Shown here piece after piece: positions 12,401 through 24,400 of a stretch of 64,000 bases of DNA (the first letter of the stretch is position 1; each line of letters opens with the position of its first letter). Position numbers and translations under genes: made by a program. Source of the DNA: Callorhinchus milii (taxonomy: Eukaryota); assembly GCF_018977255.1 (NCBI RefSeq), contig NW_024704743.1, forward strand, positions 54,624,001-54,688,000, read 5' to 3'. Under the pieces are notes generated by a model. That model ran no database searches and had not been told where the DNA came from. It saw only the letters and a list, made by a program, of their open reading frames with translations.

Positions 12401-15400
12401 CTATCAAACCTCTAAATTATTTCCACTTGGCCTCCTCCCCTCCACGAATAATGTTCCTCTTTTCCTCCCCTTACCTTAAGTGCACAGATATTGTGAAAAG
12501 TAAATTGTTGTAATTGTTGCATTTGATGTACCGCTTTATCAAGTCAGAACTTCTCAGTGTTCACAGAATTTTCCGTAAAATACAAAGTGAGCAAATGTGG
12601 CAGGCGATTTGTGCACAGCACAAACATCCAAGGAGTGAATGACCAACTTCTTTTAAAATCAGGAATTAATCTTTAATATGTCGTTGAAGGGCTTTACAAG
12701 ATATTGTGATATTAGGTCACCGAAAGGCTTCACAAGATATACTGCAAGTTGATTGACTATGTGCTTTGTGGGCAAAATGCGGCAGCCAGTTTGCTCGCAG
12801 CAATGTCTCACAAACAGCCATGAAGTGAATGACCGATTTTATTTGGGGGATTGATGGCCAGGACACCGGGAGAAACTACCTTCTCTTTTCGAATCGTGCC
12901 ATGGGATTTTTAACATCCACCTGAACAGGCAGACGGGACCTCAGTTTGACATCTCATCTGAAGAATGGCGCCTCCGACACTGCAACACACCCCTGCACCA
13001 CATTAGTGTGTCATTTTAGATGATGTGATTCCAAGTCCCTACATGGAGTTTGAACCCACAACTTCCTGATTTAAAGGTGAGAATGCTACCACTGAGTCAG
13101 ACTGACACAGGATTAGGCAGAACACCAGGAGAAACTCCCTTCTCCTTTTCAAATAAGGCCATGGGATCTTTAACTTCCACCTGAATAACCAAATGGGACA
13201 TGGGTTTATCGTCTCATAGAACAACAAGTCTGTCCTCTTTTCAGCACATCACTTCTACAAATAATAATCCTTGCATTTGATATAGTGCCTCATCACATCT
13301 CCGAGACGACTCAAAGCGCTTCACAGAATATACTGCAAAGTGAATTGACTGTATATTCTGTGGGCAAACCGTAGCAGCCAATTGCATACGGCAGTGTCCC
13401 ACAAACAGTTGTGGATTGAGTGCCCAAATTATTATATTTTATTTTTATTTTTTTGAAGGGATTATTACCCCCAGAAAAGCAATCTGCCAATTGATTAACA
13501 AGCAGGTTCCTACTTACTGCTAGGTAAACAGAGGCGTGAGGGGTAAGGAAACTTGCCCAACGTTTCGCCCCGGCAGGAATTTCAAATCCAGATCCTCTCA
13601 CTTGCGAGCGAGTGTTCTAACTACTAAGCTACAGAACTCCACATTCTCAATCTACACGTTACACAGCATGATATCCGAGTGATTGTATTGTTCTTAGAGA
13701 ACCACCACCAACAACAATAACTTGAGTTTATATAGCGCTCTTCACGCGGGGTACCATCTTGGAGCACTTAACCGTAGCGGAGCAAACTACAAAACACAAA
13801 CAGAACTTTGCCCCTTGTAAACTATGATCCATATTTGATCCATATTTAATCTGTGTAATGTCTGTGGTCACAACAATGTTTTTCTATGTGTTGTTTACAT
13901 CAGAAAGCAAGCAGGACTGCTTATGATCATATAGCTATTGAATACAGGCTAGTGTCAAATAAGGTACAGAGGCACTGCCAGTAAGCAATAGGGAGAAATC
14001 GGTGGCATTTCTTAACTCATCTCTTGTGCTAATTAACACAAGGAATGGGTTAAACAAATGCCATAAATCTACCTTAATATCTTTTTAGGCAGGTAACAGT
14101 TGGTTAACAAATTGGCCTTTTATCTCTAGAGCCTGGGTTTGAATCCCCTCTATTTTTTGGTCAGGAGGGTCCTACATGAAATGAATTTGGGAATTCTCAA
14201 TTCCCTTCCTAATGGGTGTAGATTTACAGCAAACAAAATCTGTTGAATCTGCTTAGAATTAAAAATCTAACTTGTAGGAAACTCAAGGAAGATTGATGTA
14301 GGGACTGCAAAATGTCACACTGGTGCAGTAAAAACCTGCTGAAGTTGGAGCTAAGGCACACTGTTAGACCAGAATAGACAGAGTGTTCATTTGCATTTAA
14401 ACCTGTGCTGAGATGCACATGGGCACCCAAAATGGGAAGCCAGTGACAAGCTGACCAGGTGTGGCTGCATGTGATCACAGACCAGTAGTTCAAAGTCCTC
14501 TTTCTGTCATCTTTCCTTTTCCCATCACCTTCGCTCCTACCCCCAGCTCGGGTGCCCAGCCAGCAGTGCCATGCTCTTTGAGATGTCCCCCACCAATGTG
14601 AAAGACATAAATATATATTATGTTCAAGTGTGATATTTTACAGGGTGATTCAGCCCACCCAACAAAGACAAATATTGTAATACAATATTATTAGCCAGGG
14701 TTTCCCAATAACTTCCCTACTGTTTCCTGTCTTTTGGATTACTTCCTAACTGAAGAGTTAGTTTTGTGCCACAAAAGATAATTCCTTCTTCAATATAACA
14801 ACAGTACATTTCAATTAGTGACAAATACTTTAAACAAATAGGGAACAACACAGCATAGATTTCAATGCTTTTGGCACAGCCGCACTTAACAAACTTCAAA
14901 CTCACATCTTTGTGTAACCGCATTAAAAAAACACTGTCCAATGAAACTTGGCTGAAATACAGGTCACTTCTGGATTTAATTCACAAAAAGTTTTCAAACT
15001 CCATCAATATGCCAGTTCTGGTATGAAATCTGTAGAATGACTGAAACGTAAATGCTTTTGTTCCAAAACAGAACATTTTCTTGGGGGGGAAAAAAAACTT
15101 TCAAGTGGCTACAATTTAGTTAACCGTAAACCTTTCCCACTAATACCTATCAACAGCCAAATAAACTAACCAAGCAGCAGAGATAAGGGCTAATTCCTTT
15201 GTGCACCAACCACATTTTATCAACTTAAAGAGGCACAAATTAAAATAAAGAAAAACAGATGCCTTACAGTTTCAGCTATGTAAATATCCTGGGTGGACAG
15301 AATAAACTATTGGTGTGTTTTTTGAGCAACCTGCTTCCAAGGTTTCTCCACCAAGCAGTGCTCCTTTTGTTTTTCAATATTAATCTGGGGCATTTCGCAG

Positions 15401-18400
15401 AAATATTATCAGAATCCATACAGTCCCAACCCACCCTCTAACAATACACAAGGGCGGGTTTGACTGGTGTCCACACAGCCAGGTGACTCGCTCCTGTGCT
15501 GGCTCTCCTGCTAAAATGAGTTATCATCAACTTGTGGAGTCCTGTAGCTCAGTGGTTAGAGCACTCGCTTTGCAAGCGAGAGACCTGAGTTCAATTCCAG
15601 GCAGGGCGAAACCTTGGGCAAGTTTCCTTACTCCACACGCCTAATAATAATCCCTCCAAAACCAAAAACAATAATAAATTGGTCATTTTCAAACCACGAC
15701 TGTTTGTAGGACATTACTGTGCGCAATTGGCTGACGCGTTCGCACACAAATATACAGTCAATTCACTTTATGGTGTGTTCTGTGAAGCGCTTTGGGAAGT
15801 CCTCCTGACGTGAAAAGCGCTATATCAAATGCAAGGATTATTATTATTATTATTAACTTCACTTCATGTTCAACTGGAACAGGAAGTTGATGTCAACTTC
15901 AACAAGTGACTAAGTTTAAATATAGGGGGATAAATTTGTGTTATGTGATGATAATAATTATTACTAGTGAAAATTATCATAATCAATCACTGTACGACAA
16001 ATTTCCACCCATTGTGCTACAGGCAGTCAGTCTATAGTGAGATCTCTAACCCACACACAAAGTTTAATATACACCAACATCTCATCAAGCAGTGGAATGT
16101 TTAGTTTGACTGAAAAAAAACCACATCAATGTCACAGAAATAGCTTGTATGGAAAAGTTAAACTGACTGCTCTTTACATCTGGTCCACTTAAAGCCTTCA
16201 AGAATTCAAGACACACCAAAAAAAAGGCCAAGGAAGCAGTTTACAAGGTCTTAGAAATACCAAGTGTTGGTAAGGCAAAGTACTAGTGTGGGAAAGGTCA
16301 GGATCATCATTGGGTCAATTATGATCCAAGAACAGAAAAGCACTGCTGCTTGTCACCCGCAGAGGAGTAATTTTCTGTTGGTCAATAAATTTGTCAGCCA
16401 TAGTTAGCCTGTAAAAGGAAAATCAAAGATTCACCCACCCGGCTCTTGGTTGACAAGGGAAGTGTTTAAATGTTCGTTTTCATTACAGGCAAGTTTAATG
16501 TGCTGCATATTGAAACTAAAAATAGGAGGCAAGTATATTTCATGAATGGTATGGAACTTCCAAGGAGAAGTTGAAAGAGACCTAAGGGTGATTTGTTGCT
16601 CACCAAATCGAGACTGTGTGAGGCAGCATTAAACAAAGTGAAGAGGGTGCTGGGTTATGTTGCTCAATCTATTGAGTTCAATTCCTCAGAAGTCATGCTG
16701 AAATTGAACAGTACATTCATTTTTGGTCACTGTGATAGAAGTGTTGACCAACCAGTAAAAGCAAAGCAACAAGGCTGATCCCTAGTTTTAGATAGATGAG
16801 CAACAAGGAATAAAACATGAAACTAAGTGAGATGACTCAGAGGGGACATTATAGGTGAATATAAACTACTTAATGGGAACGAGAAGTTCTGAATAATGCT
16901 TATAGATATATCAAAAGAGGATAAGAGGGCACAGGCTTGGGAAGAGCAAGTTTAAGACAGACACCAAGAAGGTTTTCCTCACACAGCAGGCAATACATAG
17001 GGAGGGTTGTTTAGGCTAATACATTTGTAAACTTTTGCGCAATTGCTGATTGTTATTACTTATTAGTTATTACTTTCATTCATCCGTACACATTGGATTC
17101 ATTTAGAAAAAAATACAGCTTGATGCTGTAATGCGGTGTTAGGTGGGTCAATATTCGGAAGGATGAGATCAACATTGTAGACAGGTGAAAAAGTGACAGC
17201 AAAAATAATTTCTATACCTGATAGGCATCTGCTACCAACTCGGAGAGATTGGATAATTCTGAATTCAGCTGCTTTGCAACTACCCCTGGCATCAACGGAA
17301 TAAGATCCTTTAAAGAAATAAAGTGAAGAAGTTGTTTATATTCAGTCATTTCAAAGCAAGCTGATTAAGTTTGCTCAATTAATATATTAAAAAACAATAA
17401 ATAAGCTTTGTAAAAATTAAGCTGTTCAATTGTTCTGCCTCAACTAATGTCTGGCTGATTAGACTGCTAGTCCAACTAATACAACTAATTTAAAATCTTG
17501 TGATTTTAATAATCCTTGCATTTGATCTTATGTCTTACCTTATTGAAATAAATCAAGAAATCTTACATTTCATCTCTAGTCCTGTGATCTAATATTTCTG
17601 ATTTCAAGACTTCAACATTGAATATGCCCATGGGCCAATGTACAGGACAAACATTTCACACTTGAACATTTCTCTCAAACCATATTTGCTGAAAATGTCT
17701 GTACACTCCAGCCTGTTGAACTTTATAAAATGCTTCAATTAAAATTTTGTTAAAATCAAAAAAATGGATTGTGAAGCTCACGCCAATACATTCCACTCAT
17801 TTAAGAAACAGCTTGATGGTTTTGTATTGTGGAAGGGTGGGCCAAATTAGCAGAAGGATATTTATCTGATCCTGAATTGTGATCTTTTCTACTGTTTTGA
17901 GCCACAAAACTCATGGGAGTCAGGAAATCCTTTACAGACCCACAACAAAATTACATCTGTGTAGAGCCTTTCACGTCGGGAAGACGTCCCAAGGTGCTGG
18001 ACAGTCAGTGTTTCAGACCCGAGCTGAGTGTCGGGATTGGGGAGGGTGGAGAGCAGTGGGGGAAGGAGGGTGATCGAAAGCACAGTTGAAGAGGAGGGTC
18101 TTGAGATAGGTCTTGAAGGAGGCAAAGGAGGGGGTGAGGCGGAGGGAGTGCGGGATGGAGTTCCAAAGGGTGGCGGCAGAGTGGCTGAAGGCCTGCCAGC
18201 CAATGGTGGGGTGGGCAAGGCGGGGGACATGATGCAGAACGGAGCGGAGGGAGGGGACCCACATTGCATCTTACAACTACAGTACAATATAGAATTGAAA
18301 GGACAAGAACCTAATAGCAGAATCCACCAAATAAAGAACAATAGGAAAGAAAAAAGATAACCAAAGATTTCCTATGAAAAGGAGAAGCATTCTTGGATGT

Positions 18401-21400
18401 AGAGATCTAATGCTACATATCGCTCTTCAATCTCAAAAGCCTAAGTTGTATCATGCACTTTCCAATCAAGCTCCACGAACAGCAAAAGACACACAAATAT
18501 TTTTCTATTTTTCTTTGGTTGCAAAGAGGGAATGAGAAACAGCCTCACCAAACATTCCATTCTTATTTTCAGTCCCAAAGGATCACCCTAAATGTGTACT
18601 TTAGCTGGTGTAGCAGCACAGAGTTTATCATTTCAAGTGCCAAACATCGGCAGCAGATTAAAATGATATTGATGCTCAACAGATAAACTGTTCATTATTC
18701 TTAGCACAAAAATTATTTCATTTTTAGTCTTCTATTAGCTTCTTTTACATACTCTGCTTCTGCCTTTTAACAATGGTCTGCAACAATTCCAGTTTACTGT
18801 GTTTAACAAAATTACTCAAATTTGCAAACAATACATTGCTTGGGTCATGCTGTATTGTTGGAGATGCCATTCTTTAGATGAGTTGTTAAACCAAGGTTCT
18901 GGCTATCTGTTCAGGTGGACATCAATCATCCCATGGCACTATTTGAAAAGAGAAGTGAGTTTTTCCTAGAATCCTAGCCAACAATGCCCCGGATAATATT
19001 GATCATTCATTTCATGGCTATTTCTAGGACATAGCTATGTGCAAATTGGCTGCCCTGTCCGCCAGTAAATCCTGTGAAATGCTTTGAGATATTCTCCTGC
19101 TGTGAAAGGCACTATATCAAATGCAGGATTATCATAAATGTGACATTAAATTGTTTATCAAACATGCAAATCTTACCTTGTACCATGTGATGCGTGATCC
19201 CTGAACTGCAAAAATGACATGAATATTATTTTCCAGCAGTTTATCCACCAGCAGACCTACAGATGGATGTTCCTATTGGTAGTCAGAACACAAATATACA
19301 TAACACTTGAATCTTCAATGAAAATCAACCCAAATGGCAAAATAGTAGTCTGTAACGTAATGTAAGAAATGGCCTGGAAGGATGATCCGAAATGGGCTGT
19401 CTCCAACCAGTTATCATTGGGGCTTTCTTCATCCATAAATAAGTTACAGCTTTAAAAGTACACTTTTCATGAAAGAAAGTGAATCCAAGAAAAATAGAGT
19501 TATGTTCTTAGTCTTAAAACCATTGTCGTAAAATTTAAGACTGTGCAGAATTTTAGTAAACAGCCTAAAATTCACTGTTAGAACCATCTCATACTGGAAG
19601 CTAGATTTTTACAGGATAAAATAACTCAAACTCTACCGCTTTGTCCATGCCTATGGTCACCTCTCTCTTCCCCCACCCTCCCTGCTTGGTATCCAGCACT
19701 GTTACTACAATACACTCCGAAACATTATTCTACGTAAAGAAGGAAATATAAATACAAGTTGTTGTTATTAATCCTTTCTTGCATTTTGTTCATGAACTAT
19801 GGAAAACCAGCTTCCAAATTAAACCTGAACTTTTCCAACATGCTGCACAACTTAAACTTTCTTACGGCTAAAACATGAGATATAGTGGCTGCCTGTCTTG
19901 TACTTCCAGATTTGAGTTGGGGTGAGCAGTCAGTACCAGACATTCAAACATGCCCACTGTTTGTGACATTTGGAGGTCATCAAAGTCCGAGGAAAGTTTG
20001 ACATTTAAATAAACTACTGCTGACAGATTAGCATTAATCTAGGACCTTTATTCACAGTTCCTCTTTGTGCTTTCCCACCAGGGACATGAGTTTAAAGTTA
20101 ACAAGCCTCAAGCAAAACAAGAAGGATTTTTTCCACCACATGTTAAAGTTTTGTGAAACAGACTTCCAGGAAAGCAATTGGTTCACTATTGATTTACGCT
20201 TTCAAAACAAATGTCTCTGTTATGGAACACCACTGGTTAGTTCTCTTGAGAATTGGAGAAAAACAGCTTCCAAATTAAGCCTAAATGTAAGAATTTTGCA
20301 TAATTCTGCACAATCTTACTTTTTAAGAGAATGGTTTTAAAGATAAGACTAAGAACATTTCTGAGGAGAAATGTATGTAACATTTTAGGGCATCCAGAAT
20401 TTGGCAAATTGTTTCATTTAGTCTTAATTTGGAGTCTGTTTTCTGTGGTTCATAAAAGAAAATTAAGGCTGTATTTAAGAATTTGCCAAATTTGTCAAAT
20501 GTTCTGAAATGCTACATAAAGTATATCTAGAATTTTTCCCCCAAAATGTGTCTGTGATTGCTATACAATGACCCTGTTGAAAAGTAAGTGAATGTGAACA
20601 TCAATTCAGAAAATAAATGGATGTGATAGGGTAGCTACAGAGAAACTATTTCCTCTGATGGGGGAATCCAAAACAAGAGGGCATAAACTTCAAATTATAG
20701 CTCGGCCATTCAGGAGTGAAACCAGAAGAATGTTTTCATGCAAAGGATAGTGGAAATCTGGAACTTTTTCTCCCAAAAAGCTGGGGATGCTGGATCTATT
20801 CAAATTTTCAAGACTGAGGTGGATAGTGCAGTCCTGCAGCTTAGGGTAAGAGCACTCGTCTCTCAAGCAAGTGGACCTGAGTTTGATTTCCAAGCAGGGC
20901 GAAACGTTGGTTAAGTTTCCTTACTCCACAGGCCTCTGTTTACCTAGCAGTAAATAGGAACCCGGTTGTTAGTCGATTGGAGGATTGCTTTTCTGGGGGT
21001 AATAATCCCTTAAAAGAATTATCAATAATAGTAATTTGGTCACTCAATCCACAACTATTTGTGGGATATTGCTGTGCGCAATTGGCTGTTGCGTTTCTCC
21101 CACAAAATATACAGTCAATTCAATTTACAATATATTCTGTGAATCGCTTAGAGATGTCTAGAAGACGTGATGAGGAGCTATATCAAATCCAAGGATTTTT
21201 TTTATTAAGAGTATCAAGGGATATCAGGCATTAAACTTTATCTCTTCATGTAGCATTTCAGACTGTGCAACAATTGGCAGTTTGCTAAATTCAATCTTAA
21301 CTTTGAAGCTGATCTTCAAAAATGTGGCTGTAGAAATCCAGCTTCAAAGTTAACACCCAATTCAACAATTTGCTAAATTCTGAACTTTCAACCTAAAGTA

Positions 21401-24400
21401 AATCTAGAGCCAGGTGGAATTTTACTCCTCTCATCGCTTTACAGTGAGAGGCTGCTGAAAATCATACTTGGGCAAAGAACTCTAATAAGCAAGTGCCACA
21501 GCATCCAAATGCAATACAATCATATGGTTTAAGCGCGGTTCCAACTATCAGAGCATTAAAATGAACAATATCCTGCAAATGTGTTCAACAATCCATCAGA
21601 CAGCTATTTGACTAGATTTGGCTAATTGTTCCATGGTTGCCAGATAATGCAAAGAATCTCAGTCGTACAATGTTAATTCTGCAAATTGATAATCAATCTC
21701 ATAATATTTTTACTTTGATGCTTTTGTTTAGGTTATATAACAAAACAAATTAGCCAGTAAATTATTTTTAGCCACATATGTGCAGCATTCTGTGCAACAA
21801 TTGTAAAATGAGGGATTCTGCGTTGGGCAATGATCCATAGACTCAATGTTTATTTTTGGTGCTACTGCCACCAGTAATTTAATTTTCTTTGATTCTGAAA
21901 TTAAAGCCCATTAATGATTGTGATTCTCCATCTCTGGTTGCTAAATCTAATTAGAATAATCATCCTTACATTTGATATAACGCCTAATATCACGTCATTG
22001 AGATGTCTCAAAGCTCTTCACAGAATATATTGTAAAGTGTGCATTTTGTGAGTCTTGTAATGCACACATATAGATGAATGCAAAAAACAGATTTATTGCC
22101 CTCAGTAAATGGAGCAGAACATGAACCATCACTTGGACCTAAAATGTGGCAATTTCTAATTACCCACGAGTAGTAAATTGGGATTGGTTCTGGTAACCAG
22201 AAGTTACTAACAAGAAAAGTTACTGACAGAAGCTAACAGAGTTCCAATAACTACAATTTACATTGATATAGTGACTTTCACATCGGGAGGCTATCTCAAA
22301 GCGTTTCACAAAACTGGCTGGGAGCTTGACCTGGGGAAGAGGAAAGCAGATGAGGGCAGGAATAGGGAAAAAGGTGACCGAAAATGTGGTCAAAAACTAC
22401 CAATGGATCGGAGTGACCTATTTCTGGTTAACTGGAAAGAGTCCCCGTTTGCACTCCTTATTAAAAAATCACAACATTTTAAAGCCCAAGGGAATTTACG
22501 TTTCCAACAACTGCTTTGTAGCCTATCTGAGACATCTTTCACCAATTCAGGACCAAATTGGGAACAGTTTTTTGCGCTGTAGGCTCATCAATTAGGAAAT
22601 TCAATACAACACTGTGGAACTGGCTCCCCTGGGAGACGGTTGAAGCAGGAATTATTGATTCTTTCAAACACAGATTAGTTAGTTTGCTTTTAGAAAATAA
22701 CATTATGGGATATAGTATATAGGTAGTTTGGGACATAAGTGCATGCGACTGCCAGGAAAGTAGAAGGCGAACTAGATGGATCTTGGTGTTTTTCATCTTG
22801 CATTTCTTATGTAACACAGATCAAATCTCCCACTCCCTTCAGCTTCTAACCCCAGCCAGCAGCAGTGTTGAGTGCCTTGAGATGTCCTCCCAACATGAAA
22901 GCCACTATATAAATGGAAATTTTTCTGTATTGTATCGATTAATTGATACTAGAACACTACCTCTTCAAGTAGCTTATTTTGAAAAAAAAGGTAATCAGTA
23001 ACATTTAGACCAAGGAACACGTATCTGAGTTGATACGTTAAAGATATTTTAGTACTTTACCATAATAGTTGAATGAGTGTAGATATTGTTCTTTAAATGG
23101 CAGTTTCCGTCATTAGGCAGTACAATCCCACCCAGTTTGCTGTCAAGTGCCAGGTGAGATATCTGATCAGTTATCATCAGAAGCAGGCGTTTTGCTTCCT
23201 TACGCCATCCTATATGATTCTGAGACAAAGAAAAATGTTACACTAAGAAAACTACCAAAAATAAACTAAAATAGTCAAATAAATATTGATCCATTGAACA
23301 TTCATCTCAGAACTCAGGCCGAAGATGAATCTTAATCTTGAAGCAAAAAAACATTATCTGCAAACAAAAACGATACTCATTATTCCATTTTTAGTGTCTT
23401 GGGATATTTAAGGTCCATCTGAACAAATTGATGAGACCTTGGTTTAACATCTCATCTAAAGCACAGCATTCCGACAATACAGCATCATGAGCTCAAAATC
23501 CTGATGTTGGGCTTGAGCATGCAACCGTCTGCCTTCTGGCTCATTCAAGGTGAGAAATGGAGGTGGTGGGGGAGAGTTAAGGGGAGAGTTAGTGCAAACA
23601 AAGGCAGGTGAGTGGATCTTGTCGATTTTGAACACCAGTAAGTCTACAATCCTCACATTTAAAGGTGGAGGCAAGGATTTTGAGAGCATGGGAGAGTGTG
23701 CAAAGGAGATGGATGATGGTGTAGAAGAGGAGTCTGGGGTTATTGTTGCACTCCAATATAATCCTGAAGTAGAAGATTCACGGATGAGAGGGAGCAAAGC
23801 TTTGTTGTGGACCATATTTTTGGTCTGAGGCAAGACGTTTTTCAACGTCCTGGGGAAGAAGTTAATACAAACATTGATCCAGTTATTTTTCATGAGGGTG
23901 AACATAAGTCAGAAATTTAGGTGATTTCCACTGTGACTTCTGGGAATCCTTTTATAAACAAGCCAGAATTTTAAAATGGTAACATGAACTGAATGTAAAC
24001 AAGCTTGTATATATAAACTATTTCTGAGAATGGATGATTCTCTTTTGGTTGATAAATGCACTCATTACAAGAGTTCCCACATTATCAGTTCATCCTGTCA
24101 AGCTGCCAAAATGTATTGAGCAGCAGAGAATCAGATCCAATGTTTCTCAGGTACAAAATATGTTGTGCCTCTACAGCACTGCAGCTGTTATCTTGTTTTT
24201 TAGAACAAAGCTCACCTCACAAACTGCAACTTGGAGCATAGCATCCAATACTCCCTCTGGTGTGTCCTCATTTCCAGAAATAATGTGTTCTTCAACAGCC
24301 TTTGTGAATTCTCTAATGTTTTCAGTCAATGGTAATACATTTATAAACCCGTGTGCTGGCAGGCAAAATGTTTCATAATTACTGTCATGAAAAAGAAAAA

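Noticed and set aside
15536..15610. tRNA-Ala(TGC)-like cloverleaf
   Set aside because: It is the head of a multi-copy SINE, continuous with core and tail, with an imperfect acceptor and T stem.
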